Under the pieces are notes generated by a model, which saw only the letters and a program-made list of their open reading frames with translations, ran no database searches and had not been told where the DNA came from. Positions 38,322 through 52,879 of a DNA stretch of 64,000 bases are shown piece after piece. The position numbers and the translations under genes are program-made. The DNA is from Epiperipatus broadwayi (lineage: Eukaryota > Animalia > Onychophora): assembly GCA_028023455.1 (NCBI GenBank), contig JAQFVV010000001.1:12586001-12650000 (forward strand), written 5' to 3'. The number at the start of each line of letters is the position of its first letter. The stretch's first letter is position 1.

Positions 38322-38539
38322 TTATAATATACATATATAATTAAAATATTTTAACATACTCACGGTTGTAAATATTGGAAATTTTAACAGGATTTCAATT
38401 ATTATTTTAAATAACTTTTAGTTATCATGTATCCAGGCAAACAACTAATTAAAATGGATTGTAAACTGAAATAACATTACTTAGTAATAATAGTATTTAA
38501 TATTTAATTTTATTAACTAGTGCAGAAATGGTATGTAAT

Positions 38540-39215
38540 TTAAACTGAAGAATTTATGCATAATCACATGTGCTGTAATGTTTGTTATAATAGCTCAGCA
38601 ATATCTTGTTAAATATTGAGGATACTCTGAACCCAAGGCTCAAAATAGAGACTTTTGAAAAAATAAGAATGACCATCTTATCTTTTGAACCTAAATTTAA
38701 TTACACAGGGCAATCTAAAGCATCTTAGTCTGAGATTATGAAAATATTTATTTACTTTACATTCATTAATCTCCTTTTATATATTAACATTGACAAAATT
38801 TTTCAATTTATTATATGTTAATATTACAAACTATTAGAAACTATTCTCATTACTCAACAAGCCATTCTGTTTAAATTACATACGATCTCTGTGCTGGCAA
38901 AAAAAATTAAATATTACATAGTTTCTAATAGTTCATAATATTTACATATACTAAATTTAAAAATTTCATGTTAATATTTAAAAAGAGATTAATGTAAGTA
39001 AAGTGAATAAAGAAACATATTTACATTCTCAAACTAAGATGCTTTAGATTGTCCTATATAACTAATCTTAGGTTCAAAAAATAAGGTAGCCACTCTTTTC
39101 AAAAGTTTTTATCTTGTGCTTTAGTTTGTAAGTATTCTCAGTACTCAATAAGACATTGTTGAGCTATTATAACAAACATCACAGCATATGTGCTTAGGGT
39201 ATAAATCAGTTCTGT
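38540..39215. repeat. Imperfect fold-back palindrome (arms ~38540-38845 and ~38918-39215)
   Basis: Examples: gtttgttataatagctcagcaat pairs with attgttgagctattataacaaac; caatctaaagcatcttagt with actaagatgctttagattg; aactattagaaactat with atagtttctaatagtt. Confidence 0.88.
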
Positions 39216-40504
39216 TTTAATTAATAATAGTATTTTAATCTGACTTAGTAATACTATTTTTTATGTGTCTAATTTACTTTTGATTTATAGGTGAATTGAA
39301 AGAATAAAAATTCTATTATTAGATGATATGATTTCAGTTTGCAGTGCCAGTTTTTAATTAGTTGTTGCCAAGTTGAAAGTTATCTAGGATAATAGATGGG
39401 AAATCTGTTAAAACTTTCATTATTTACATATATATGTGTATACATACACACAAATAATCATAATAAACCCTTTTATTATTAATATTTTTGTTGACATTTC
39501 ATGCTTTTAGATTCAAACTTGATATAGAAACAAACATTTCAGGTAGCTAAAAAAATCCCAAATATGTTCATGATTTTTTCAATAAATGGCTTATAGAAAA
39601 AACAATTGTCTATTTAGTAGCCTCATTAATAGTAGTATTCTCCAGAGATTCTTCTGCAATTATGGAAAGGAACTAATCTTCAAATATACTCAAGAGGATT
39701 CCCAAGATATTTTCCAATATTTGCAGAGAGATGCTTAAAAGATGTTCTGCAGATATTTTTCAACACTATCTAAGAGATGTTCAAGAAGTATTTATCCTAA
39801 AGCAAAACGTTTTAAGGATATCACTTTTTTTATATAGAACAATTCTAAACAATTAATATTTATTCTTTCATTTATTAATAAATAATCAGTGAAGCTCCAA
39901 TCGTATAATGTTCAGTACTCTAATTATTAGAATAACTGAATAACTCTTCAGATTGCAGTAAAAAGTATACAATATATTATATTGCATAACATCCTTTATA
40001 TAATTATCTGGAAATAAAGATATGTGCCATAATTCACAATCTGATGATGTCAGACACTTTTTTTTTCACTCATCAAGACTATATTATATTTCAAATGTTT
40101 TATCATCACCATGTACATATTCATCTAATTAGCCCAGATTATCTTAAAACCATTATCCTTCAATTAAAAACAAATAGATAGGCTGATTATCTAAAAAAAA
40201 AATTCTGTTCATTTGAAAAATCCTCAATTCTGAAAACATTTCAATGTTTCATGCAGATAAAGTCTGGCAAAACTGTACTTAGATTTTTTTTAATTACACA
40301 CTTGAAAAATTCAGTTTATCCCCCACCCCCAAAAGATTTATGACTGTTGCATTTTCTCTTGAATATAACTTTGTTTGCATTAGTAGTAAATGATTTACCA
40401 ACTTAAATCATTAATTACTATAATGGTCAAATATCCAATATAATTTATTTGTTCATAATGTTGTCAGAAATACATAAATAAATAATCGATGAAAATAAGA
40501 TGGA

Positions 40505-41670
40505 CACAAATAACTATATTATAATATTTATCGAACCATCTTTCATCTCCACTGAGACTACACAAATCACATAACCCTATTCCATCTACTGGACATTATT
40601 ATTTTTTTTTTATCTGTCAAAGCGTTGTCGGGAAGAGAACCCTGGGACAACTGCTTGTAAGGCGGCTGTGCTAACCACTCGGCCACCAACGTTTGACTAC
40701 TGGACATTATTTACATTAAAAATTGCACTTTTTCTAAACATATACTTAGATATTATAATCAAATAAATAAATAAATTTAACATATTTTACATTTTCCATA
40801 TACATACAATTTACATTATATTTATATATTTGTCAGTTTTCTTGAATATATGTTTCATAATATATTCTCTTATGATAAATCTTCACATATTTTATAACAC
40901 TTATTTTTTTCACATTTCATTTTATACCCTGTATCAAAATAATGCAAATATGGTCCTGATCTCATATCTTTTCTATTAATGGTTTGATTGTGTTTCTTTT
41001 CTTCTCAATTGCTGTTCTTCCTGTCTGTCTTAAATATATTTATTGCATTTTCCACAGCAAATTTATAAACTAGCCCCACTATACTATTAACATCATTTAA
41101 TTATTGTGCATGATTTAACTATTTACCTAAAATCTTATTATTTTTCCAAGCTATTTTTACATTATTTGGCATTTTTTCTTTCATTAATCTTTTATATATC
41201 TTTTCTGAATAAAATATATATAGGACAGATAGGAAGAATGGCAATTGAGAGAGGTAAAAAACATAATTGAACTATTAATAAAAGAAATATGAGGTCAGGA
41301 CCATATATGCATTATTTGGATACAGAGCATAAAATGAAATGTGAAGAAAATATGTGTTACAAAGTATTTGACGGATTACTATAACAGAATATATTATGAA
41401 ACATTTTATATTCAAGAAAACTTGGAGAAATGTGTGAATATAGTGTAAATTATATGTATAGGTAAAATATGTTAAATTTATTTATTTATTTGATTATAAT
41501 ATATGTTTTAAAAAAGTGCAATTTAATGTAAATAATGTCCAGTAGATAGAGTAGATATAATTATTTTGTTATATGATTTGTATAGTATAATATCTTGAGA
41601 AAGTCTCAATGAAGATGAAATCTGATTCAATAAATATTATAATATAGTTAGTAATGATTGCTTAATTCAA
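40505..41670. repeat. Large imperfect fold-back palindrome interrupted by a SINE
   Basis: ctactggacattatttacattaaaaattgcactttt pairs with aaaagtgcaatttaatgtaaataatgtccagtag; tgcaaatatggtcctgatctcata with tatgaggtcaggaccatatatgca. Outer match: tatattataatattta / taaatattataatata. Confidence 0.85.
40601..40696 (-). mobile_element. tRNA-derived (Val-like) short SINE with A-tail
   Basis: A box TGGCCGAGTGG, degenerate B box GGTTCTCTTCC, anticodon-loop-like CTTACAA, and 15-bp TSD CTACTGGACATTATT (40586-40600 and 40697-40711). Confidence 0.88.
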
Positions 41671-42169
41671 TCTTATTTTGATTGATTAATTTTATAAATC
41701 ATTAATTTCAAAATGTATCTGAAACTTTCTAAGTAGATTTTATGAAGCTTTTTTTTGTATGTGAAGTTGCCATAATAAATGAATGAACACTATTTTTCCA
41801 AAACAAATTTTAAGCTTTACTAGTTTCCACCTAAAAAAAAATTGCCTATGTAAACATTAGCCATAAATTTTAGTATCCATGACAAAGCTTGGACTGAATT
41901 TTGTAAATATGGGAGGCTGTTTTATATAAAATATAATTTATTAATAAACTTACAACTATATACAATATATCCAAAAGGTATGCAAATAATATTAAATATA
42001 TATAACAAAGTTGGTTAATCAAATCACAAATAAATGTGTAAACAAAAACTAAATAACTAATCACCTATATCAATGCAAGATAACATGTTTTATCATATAA
42101 CTGGACATTTTTTCATTTGACTCAGGCTTCATGGAAGTCAATCCCTGACAAACTATTTATAAATTATAA

Positions 42170-42595
42170 CATATATAAACAAAGGGAATAAATTACTTTT
42201 TCTTAGGCTCTGAATTAAAAATACTTTAAAGGTTGAACAAAGAATCAAGAATAGAATGAATCCACTTATTCTTGGAGCTCTGCTGCTTATAAGCATACTT
42301 TTGTCAACATTATTGATAATTCAGAATAAAATTGATATATAAACTAGAGCAAATATGACACTTGATAGTTATTAAATTCATAACCAATTATACCAGGCTG
42401 GGGACAGAATTTCTCTTTTGATGCTTTGATTATAATAAATAAGACTTAGTATATAAACTTTAAATTAAACATAGCTCAAAATATATGTAAACAAAGGACG
42501 TACATCACTCTCACTCAGGCTATGAATTAAAATCACTCTAAATGCTGGACAAAGAATCAAGAATAAAATGAATCAACATATTCTTTAAGCTCTGA
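42170..42595. repeat. Diverged ~125-bp direct repeat pair
   Basis: aaacaaagg..aggctctgaattaaaa..acaaagaatcaagaatagaatgaatc..gctctg at ~42175-42290 and again at ~42488-42594. Confidence 0.7.
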
Positions 42596-43809
42596 TCTGG
42601 GTGATATATTAATTTCAATCTGAATTACCAACAATGTTTACAAAGATCTGCTTTCAAAAGTTTTGACTCTCTTTTTACTTTAAATTCCACACCTGTACAT
42701 TAAGCAAGGCTGATATTATAGTTCCTGAGACACCTGAAAGAGTTCTCAGTTACAGAATAAAATATATAGTATCAAAGTAATTTTCATTTTTTTTAATATT
42801 AAGATGGTTAATTATTTATTTATTGTTTACACATTTGTTTGTAGTTTGATTAACTTATTTTATTATTTTTATAATATATATTGTAATATTGAGAGGCTAG
42901 CTACAAGTTAAGAAAAGACAGATATTATAATAGTATAAGCTTAATAAAAATAGAGTTAATTGAATTCCCATAGTGGTGATAGCCATAACTTATAATTATA
43001 ATAAAAGGAAATAAAATGGACTAAAATATTACTCATTAGAAAAGAAACAAATCAAAGTTGTAGAATTAAAAATAATAAAAAATTATCAAATTATTAAAGT
43101 TAATAATTAATCATGATTTGTTTCAAAACAAATTTAAATTTGTAAAGAGGCAATACTTTTTCATACATTTCCTTTTCTTTTTTCTATTTCTTGATTTTAT
43201 TATTGTTGTTGATCAATAAACATGAAGTTAGAAATTGATTGAAATGGATAAGTTAAGTTTTGTAAGAGGGGCAGCTGGAAGGTATTGAACAACATATTTT
43301 TTAATAAATATTTTTTGATAAGCACTTATGGTTGGTTATAAGGAGCTGTGATAAAGGATTTGGAACAGAACATATTTTTCTAGTAAAAAGAATGAATCTA
43401 AAACTATCTGCTATACTATAAAAGAAAATTTACTATCGAACGGCATATAGTGCAACACAACCTTATGAATTGATGTCTATATAATAAGATATTTGCTGAT
43501 GAGGTTAATATTTTATTATTAAAATTGTATAAAATGGTCAAATATGCTTGTGGTTTTAGAATGTGTGGCTAGGTTTTCCCCAGCAATTGTTCACCTCTGA
43601 ACTATCTTGTAGCTTCAGAAATGAGAAAGTAATGAAGATCCAGCCCTATTCTGAAAGGGAAATGATGCTCATCATCATTTGAATAAATCTATTTATCTTG
43701 TTCATAAATTGAAATCACTGTTATTGACAGCCTTCAAAATTATACTTGTTGATAAATTATCAAAAGAAGAAAGCACACTAAGGCCAGCCAGCCTGGTATC
43801 AGAAGCACT

Positions 43810-44040
43810 AAGGATTATTTAATTTACTGAATTATTTATTTGCCAGCTAAAATTTGAAAAAAAAAAACAGGAATTAATTAACTGATTGAACTATTTATTT
43901 GCCAATTTAAAAGTATCCCCAAGGATTGCTAAACAAACTGAACTATTCAATTGACAGCCAAAATAAGAAAAAACAAGGATTATTAAATCAACTTTTCATT
44001 TGTTTGCCAGTTGAAATAAGGAAACTAAAGATAAACAGAC
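43810..44040. repeat. Degenerate minisatellite, about four units of 50-60 bp
   Basis: Recurring aaggatt..aactgaa(c)tatt(t)att(t)gcca(g) blocks. Confidence 0.4.
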
Positions 44041-47000
44041 TTAATTGTTTATCATCAGCCTGGATGATAAATAAGACCATTTTGTATATACATCACATGT
44101 GACAATATCTTATTTAGTTATTTTTTATTATTATTATTATATTTAATACTAATCTAATTTACTATAAAAATGTATATGTTTATCTATTCAGAATAAGATT
44201 AATTAAGTATTATGCAATTTTAATTAACTATAATCATTAAAACATTAATCGGACATGGAAGCTGAAAGAAATATTTTAGTTTATATTAATAAAGATTGTA
44301 ATATAAATTAGTGCAGTATAGAAGTGATTTTAAATGTCTTACCAATGGTTGTGCTCTCTATTTTGGCAGGTCTATTGTTTGAGGGAGTATTTTGGTGCAT
44401 AATAATATTGTCATTGTGTGGAATAAAATGTTGAATTTTAAATTTTATCCTATATGTAATTCCCACCCATGCATAAGTAGTTAAGCAGAGCAATGCTCAG
44501 TGCTTGTGGGATGATCATTTATGGGACGAAGATTTCAATCTGGATTTCTGGTAGGATTGCAATAGATATTGGTTAATGATACCAGCTCAAACAAATAAAA
44601 ATGTTCAGTGAGCTCAGGTTTCTTAGACTTTAATCTTATACAGTATTAGGTTGCTTTGCATATGATAGAGGCATATCTATATCAATAAATTATGATAAGC
44701 AAGAAATATTACTATTGCATGACTAACATTTCCAGCAATAGGCATATAGACTGGTAATGCCTTTCAGTATGCACATTATCAATCTAAGATTGGAATTCAA
44801 AAATTCTGTCTTCTTACAATATATAATACTTAGAAATGGAATTCATACAGAATTACTGGTTAAAGAGCCCAATTATTCAACAATAATCAAATGATCATAA
44901 ACACTCAAATGTAAATTTGATTTTGCCTGCAGTTATGTAAAATCGAAATTACTATACAGAAAAAGAATCAGAATTAAAACCAATTCTTTTTTTATGTTGC
45001 ACTTCAAGTATACAATAGTCAAATATGTTTAAAAATACATATATACAAGCAACAAAGATTACAAATTATAAAATTATCATAGAAAAGGCTTTTTCGGCAA
45101 ATTATGTTTTTTGCCCTTTTCAATATGTCTCCATGAATTAAAGCACATACAGCGACATCTATATCAATACATGAGAGAAGACAGATAAACAAATGGATAT
45201 CTGACATGATCTATTATGTGATTTTTTCCCTCAATTCTACTACAAAATTACTCTGTTATATATATTGAATGGATATATATCCACATATATTAATTAATTA
45301 ACTATCCATTCATTATTCATTAACCACTTATTATTTAACTTAATGGATGTTTTGTATATATTCATACAGTTGTTTTTATTATACATGATATAGTTTGTTT
45401 CATATATTTTACATCTATTAACATTTTTAATATAATCAAGAACACTTATATTATCAATACAATTTATTTTATGTCCGTATTGCAAATAATGAACATATAA
45501 CGCAGGTCTATCATCTTTCCTAGCAATAGCATCATTATGTTCTTTAGCTCTTTCTCCCTAAAAATATGCTGCTTATTATAATCTATTCATGTTCTTATCT
45601 TTGATTTATATAGAATTAAAATAAAAAGTTACTTACTATGTATTAAAATGTAATATTTTATTTTGTTGAGCTTATTTATGAAGTACTGAAAAACAATATG
45701 TGCAGTTATTTAATAACAACTTGTTTGCATTCTTTTCTTTTAGTGTTTACACTGTATTTAATTAACTTTTTTAAATTATTAAATAGTACCATTTCTTAGG
45801 TAATTATATTTAAAATGATATAAAAATGTGCTAAAATTTTGTACATTTTCATTGATATTAAATCAGTTATTACACTTTAATATATTACATAGTTTTGAAT
45901 AAATATGTGTTTCATTAATACAATAATTTTTGCAGAATTCTAGGCATTTTTGAAAAGTTGGTGGAAAGTTGTTTGCAGTGAGCTCTTTGAAAGAAATATG
46001 ATATTTTCTCCTACTATATTTATGCACATAAGCAAAGGGATGACCAACTTTTATATACTGCTAATATTAACCTTTTAACCGCTAATTATATTATTGGTTG
46101 TATGAGGTAAAAATCAAATCTTTTAATTGGCCAACTCACAAACTGAAGACAAAGCCTATTGTTAAAACATATTCGCCTATAATATTAAATTCAACTCAGA
46201 TACGTTTATAAAAAGTATATTACTAATTTTTCAGGTTATGAAGAGAACGAAAGTTCTTTCAAAAATAAATTGCTATTTATTTATTCTAAAATATTCAATT
46301 TCGGCAACATAAAAGCTATAATATAAACAAAAAGGTCGACTTTTACATTATAGAAAAGTAAATATTTCTTTTAAATATTTCTTTAATATTTTTACTAAAA
46401 TCTTCAATATTTTTCGAAAATAATTTTGTTTTTTTAGTTTTTTTTTTAAAAAACTAGTTTAATTTCTGAAATTATATTTTTTTAATACTTAAAATTGCAT
46501 TCGAAATGAAAATCTCAGCATTTTTCTTTATTTTCTTTGATCAGGCGGTTTCTTTGTTCTTTCCAGCCAATCAGAATGTCTTTTTCGGCTGAGATCTCAT
46601 TAACAACCAATTACAACCGATGTTCTTTCTTTGTTTAGGTTTTAATGCGTTTTTTTTTATTTTTTACTTGTAAAATAAATCGGAAGAGGGCACCATCTTA
46701 CAGAACTTTTAAAAACCTATTCAAAACCTATCAAACGAATTTTTTAGCATAAGAACTGGCAGAGTTAGAGTGACATCAGATGTCTACGAGGAGCCTCGTA
46801 AGAAACAGTCTTTTGGTTAATGCACCAGCCTGTTTATGAATCTGTTAATATATTTGTTTGGGAATTTTGTAAAGAAGTGAGTGCATTGAGATTAATAGCA
46901 TGTGGAAAGGTGATCATTTCTTGTTTATATATAGTGCATTCACGATGTATGCTGCATCAATATACACTACTATTTCAATTATGTCTTATCTAAAACAATA

Positions 47001-48388
47001 TGTAAATAAACAAAAAGAAAATATAAATAAAGAAAAAGTAAAAACATTAAAATTTTAAAATGTAATAACTTTTATATGGTAGCAGCCATTTTTCCATACC
47101 CGAAGCAGCTTATTGAAACAAGTACATCTTATTCTTCAATTATTATTCTTTCCAAATTTGATGAATATAATATTTTATGTAATAAAATGCTTTCTAAATG
47201 TGAAGTTAAAAATTTTATTAAATGTAATAAAATTCATAAAGTATCTTTCTTAAACAATAAAATGAAAGTTTTGATTTAGGGAAAGACAGAAGAAAAGACT
47301 GCAAATTATTACTCTATTGTGTTTGAAAAGTTTAAACGAGAATATAAAATGGGTAACAACAAATAATGATGACTATATATATTTTGAAGTTGATCTTGAC
47401 TTTACAACATCAAAACAACAAAAAAAAACCATAATCAATTGATGATTTAGACTGTTAAAAAAGTTATTGAAAATAAAAGATATCATCCAGAGTGTATTTA
47501 ATTGTGATAAAAAATTGTATTTTACTATTCATTTTATTTAAAAAAATAAAGCTACAGCACAGTAAGAATGTTATTTTTATTTCTTGAATAAATGTGAATG
47601 AGTGAACACATGAGTGTCTAAACCTACCCTGGTACCTCTCTGAGGAGTGCCGAAGCATGAAACCATGGTCAGGGGTTGGGGGGGGTTCCTGACAGATATT
47701 TTAAATGCTTTCTCTGGCTAAGCACTTAACACAAAGCTTGTTGATGAATTGGTAATCCTCATTGTTTATAACTTACAAGCTTAAGAGAATAGGGTCATGT
47801 GATCTATGGCTCTTATTTTGACTATGAGTATATATATATCTGTAAATGCATCTCTCAATTTATTACTAATAACTACTTTTTTTTAAAAAAAATTGCTTAT
47901 GCCTATAATCTTAATTTTATTTCTGCATGTGTTGAAAAGTATTATACTGTGCAATTTAGTAAACATTTGTATTCTTTTGTAATAAAAGCTTATCAATAAA
48001 ATGTGAGTTATTACACATTATGTATGATCTACCGGGGTGGCGGATTGGAACAAAATATAGCAGATATCACAGCTCCATTATATAGTTTTAAAATGAGGAA
48101 TAAATTAGATACATATATATACACACACACACATTCATTCATATTATATGAAAAAACCTAAAAAAATCCTTTTTTTTTAGATTTATTATTATAATATAGC
48201 AATACAACAACTTTTGATAGGATGATTGTCTTCATTATTGATTATATAATAGTGTAATATTATAAATACAAAACTTTTTAAATGCTAAAATGCTGAATTG
48301 TTTTTAAAAATATAAGAAAACATTATTTTTAATTTTTGCTGTAAATAGCAAAGAACAATTAAAATTCATCAGACTGAAATTAACTTAC

Positions 48389-48536
48389 TTGTCTTAGAAT
48401 GGCATAGAAAACATCTAAGTGACTGTTCAAGTCTACACCATCTGGTCCAGCTTGTTCCAAATCATCAGAAGCTTTTTGTTCATCAAAAATATCTAACTGA
48501 ATTACAAGGGTTTGATCTAATGATGAACATAGGGAT
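48389..48536 (-). CDS. INF2: Inverted formin exon, 148 nt, phase 2 to 0 (DID/FH3 C-terminal part)
   Basis: Acceptor tttatttcag and donor gtaagt. SLCSSLDQTLVIQLDIFDEQKASDDLEQAGPDGVDLNSHLDVFYAILRQ resembles INF2 LLIQLEAFEEAKAEDEEE..GGVDMSSHQEVFASLFHK and is in frame with both neighbouring exons. Confidence 0.93.
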
Positions 48537-49489
48537 CTGAAATAAAAGCAATAGCATTTAAAATCAATTATCAATGAAAGTAAAATATAATCCTACAAGC
48601 TGCAGATACGATTGTACATAAATATATAAATTGATAAAAATAAATGAACTATACAATATAAAGATCTTTTCAGATTTCTCCATAAAGAAATAATGAATAG
48701 AAAAACATTTATCACATTATTCTATCGGATGGGGAAGATTGCACTTTTTGTTTTATTCTCTTTGCTAATAATATGTAGATTTCTATTTATTGACAATAAT
48801 TGAATGATTGTTTGGGTTCGTTATAGGCTGAAATAAATCTACACTTTTCATTACTTTTTTTTTTTTTTTGCTCGAAAATTCTCAACTCTATGAAAAAAGA
48901 CAATTAAATTTTTACCTGATTTTAAATTCTATCAGATTACGGGCATGGCAGGCTGTCACTCTAAAACTTTTCACGTGACGCACACACACACACATATATA
49001 TATATATATGTTAAACATTCAAAATAAAACAAGATGCCATTAATAGATGGTAGTAAATATAAATTACAAATTATATTTTTGATTTTCTAATCCAGTTGAT
49101 ATATATAATATTAGAATTAAATATTCTGACGCTTGAACTAACATTTGAAGAGTTCCTTGCTTTTAAATATTATACTGTACATGTACAAGTGTTTTATAAC
49201 ATTTTGAGCAGAAGTTTTTAGAAATTGTTTCTGACTATTAACAAAATAAAGAATAAAGCCAAGAGATTTTAAATACAACCAATAAAACATATGTGTACTA
49301 TATTTTCAATTGCAGAAAAAAAGTGATACCAGAGTTTTTCATTAAATTTAATAATTCTATAATAAACTGTACAAAGACAATATTTTTTTCTAATATATAG
49401 CATTAGAATATTTTTATGTAGAATATTAAAATACCTTAATACGTTAAAATATATAACAGCTGCATTAACAAAGTATAGATTTAGTGTTA

Positions 49490-51240
49490 TATGATGTTGA
49501 TGTGATGCGCTGTGACTTCTTCTACGGAGTCAGGAATCTCTCAGCAACTTTGCCCAGAAAAATTTGTTAGCCACTTTAACTTCTTTTTTCATTCCCCACC
49601 CTAACATTTCCCATATTTCTTCTCTATCATGTTCCATCCTATTTCCACAATATAATCTTTGTCAACTCTATATGGCCTTTATATTTACCCCCCCCCTATC
49701 TTTTCCCAAATCCAGTATAAAAACCAATAATCCACTTTCTGTATTATCACTTTGTTTATATTTATTCCTCCACAACTTCATTATTTGTACCCTTTTTGCT
49801 TTTAGGCATTTTCATTCTACTAACAGATCCCTAATATTTTCTATGCCTTCCTTACACAATTTGCAGACTAAATCACCCATATTTTTCCATTTATGTGTAT
49901 ATTTCCTTGTTGCTAAAGATCCTGTGTGAGCTTAAACAGTAAACTACTTTCCTTGCTATTATTATAAATTAACTCACACCCCAATATTTTGTTTACTTCT
50001 ATAAATATTTAAACTCTTTTTATTCTCTATTAGTGTTCTCCATCTCTCAAATTTTTTATTCTTTATTATTACATCTATTATTTTATCCCATTCCTTAACA
50101 CTATAACATTCAACAATTCTCCTAACACAACCATCCCATCTTTTGTATAAGTATACTGACATAAATTCTTTTTCCAAATCTGCATATTGCATTAACTTTC
50201 TCACCTATCTTGTTGCCTGCCTTTTATTCATAGCCCAATTAAATACTATTTTGGCTATTCTTTAATTAACCATAAACTGCAATCTACAGAACATTTTCAT
50301 TTTGCTTTTTGCATCTCTCATATAAAAACTTGACCATCCCATTTCTCCTTGATTGCCTACTTTGCCATCCACACATCTGCATCTAATGCATGTCTTCCTA
50401 CTTCTCTTTGTACTTTTTCTAAATAATCAAATACCCCTTTACTAACACATAACACATCATTACCATGTGTTAACCTTGCTACTGCCACTCCCTTCCATAC
50501 AATTTTAGCTACATCATACTTATTATATGAGAACATTGTTAATTTCTTTATTAATCTCTTTCTTTTCTTTGCTTCATTTATCAATTTTTTCCCATTCATC
50601 TAAGCAATTTCTCTGATTATTTAAGATGATTCTCAAATAGTTATATCTATTCACCTCATTTAACTTTATATCTCCCAATAAAAAATCTCTGTCTTCTCTT
50701 TCCCCAGTATTAATCATCATTACTTTTGATTTTTCTTCACTAAATTTAATCCCCATCTCTTCACCCACTCTTGTGCATGTCCTCAGGATAACTTCTATAT
50801 CTTCCCTTCCTTCTGCACATAAAAAGACATCATCTGCAAATAAAAGACCCCACAATATTTATATACTCCCTTCCACCTATTAATGGTATCTCTACCTCTC
50901 TTCTCAGTCTTTCTATTGCTCTCTCCATTTCTCTCAAATACAACAAAAACAAAACAGGTGTCATAGGGCATACTTGCCTTAGTCCCACCCCATTTTTAGC
51001 TTTAACTGATTTGATATTCCCTAATTGATAGGTATAGTAATTATTTCATATAATTTCTTAATAATATTTACTAAAGCTCCATCCATTCCCAAATTTTCTA
51101 AACATACCCATAATCTGTTTTTATTTACTCTATCACGTGCCTTCTCTATATCTATAAAAACCATATATCTATTTCTCTTGATCACAATTTACTCTCCACT
51201 AACAGCAGTGCCATATTGTGCTAGAGTGCTAATTATTGCA
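49490..51240 (-). mobile_element. 5'-truncated, frameshifted LINE: RT domain to 3' end (clade unresolved)
   Basis: MVFIDIEKARDRVNKNRLW, GLRQVCPMTPVLF, GLLFADDVFLCAE, IKFSEEKSKVM and YNYLRIIL motifs; short (cacat)-type tail near 49490. Confidence 0.85.
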
Positions 51241-52879
51241 ATAAAAATTAAATTACTTTGCTAACCATTGTTAACAACTGCATTATTTTCAATTAATTAA
51301 GTGTATTATTATTATTCAAGTATTGACCTCCTCTCTTTTATGGAAGACATTCCCATTTATAGATATATAATATGGATAACATTACTGTAGACATATTAAT
51401 TCTGTCACTGCTATTTTAAGTAACATTTTTACAAATTTCCAGTATTTATTTACTGAAAAGATTTCCTACTCTTTTAAAACATAAAATATAATTCTACATA
51501 ACTTAATAATTTAATCATTCTTTTTCTGACTAAAATCAGTCCTATTATTGCCAGTTACTAGAAAACTTCAATCAACTCTAAAAAAAAATTTTTAATGCAG
51601 GAATGGAAAAGCTATTTGCAACTGAACAAAGTTTAGGCTTGGTGAATTAACATATTGTATAATCCCAAGAATCAGAGCAGTAGTCCTGAACTAATCATTA
51701 ATATTATTATTTTTACATACAACATTTTTACTTTTTGATAATAACTATATTAATCAAAGATACACCATTGATTATTTTTTCTTACTTTGTCCTAATATAA
51801 TTAATGAGTTTAATTCTTTCAACTATCCCATAATCATATATACATATATTATTGCATCAAAAATAACTTACTATAAAAATAAAAATAGCATTTGGGTAAT
51901 TTTTAAGTCACTCAACAAAAATTCAATCTATAACTTTATGGTGCCTGCTGTAAGAAGAAAACAATCATTCTATTTGTTCTATATCAGAGTTATCTATTGA
52001 AAGCTCTAGTAATCAATGGGCATTATATAATAGTGTCTCTTTTAATTTATTCATCAGTGAAGAATATTGAATTTTCATCAATACTAGAGCACTTTTATCT
52101 CTTTAACATTACCGAACCTAATTTCTTGAGATTTAAACACTCCAAAGTATTTACCATCCTTGACTAATGTTCAAAAATGTTTACAGTTAGCTTGAAATTG
52201 TGATAATTAAAGTATATGTTGCCAATATAGTGAATCTGGGCTCAAAATATTGGTATGATTGAATATCAGCAGTAAAATTGTTTGCTGGATGTGTAGGGGA
52301 AAATTTAATTATTCTCATGGAAATAGTTAAGAAAGTGGATGTCACATTTGTATTGAATATTCCTTACTTACTTAAGCTTATAATAGATGGATTTTGAATA
52401 GAGTGACTAAAGTAAATGTAATAATTGAAAGTAAGCAAAAAAATTCATGTGTAAATGGTATGATAGAACAATATTTTAATTATTTAGTAAAGCACCCCAA
52501 ATATTTCTCAATGCTTATTATAGTTTTAAGCATCTTGAATATTTGATATACTACTCTTAGATATTAATCTTTTTTCTCTTCAATTTCTACTCTTATTCTT
52601 GATATGATGGGGATTTTTGTTTTATTTGCTTTTGATAAATGGTTAACTATAAGTTTTAAATTTCAGTTTAAACCATTTTCATAGTTTAGCATTTGAATTT
52701 ATCATGAAACAGGCAATGCTTTTTTAGTAACGATAATTACATCAAAACAACTGTGTATAAGATGGAACATGAAATAAAAATTAAAATAGTTTCTGTGCAG
52801 GTTTTAGAAAAAAAATAGTGTTTTTGCTGTGGAAAACCAGGGCACTTCAAAGAGGACTGTAGATTTAAAGATGAACCTG

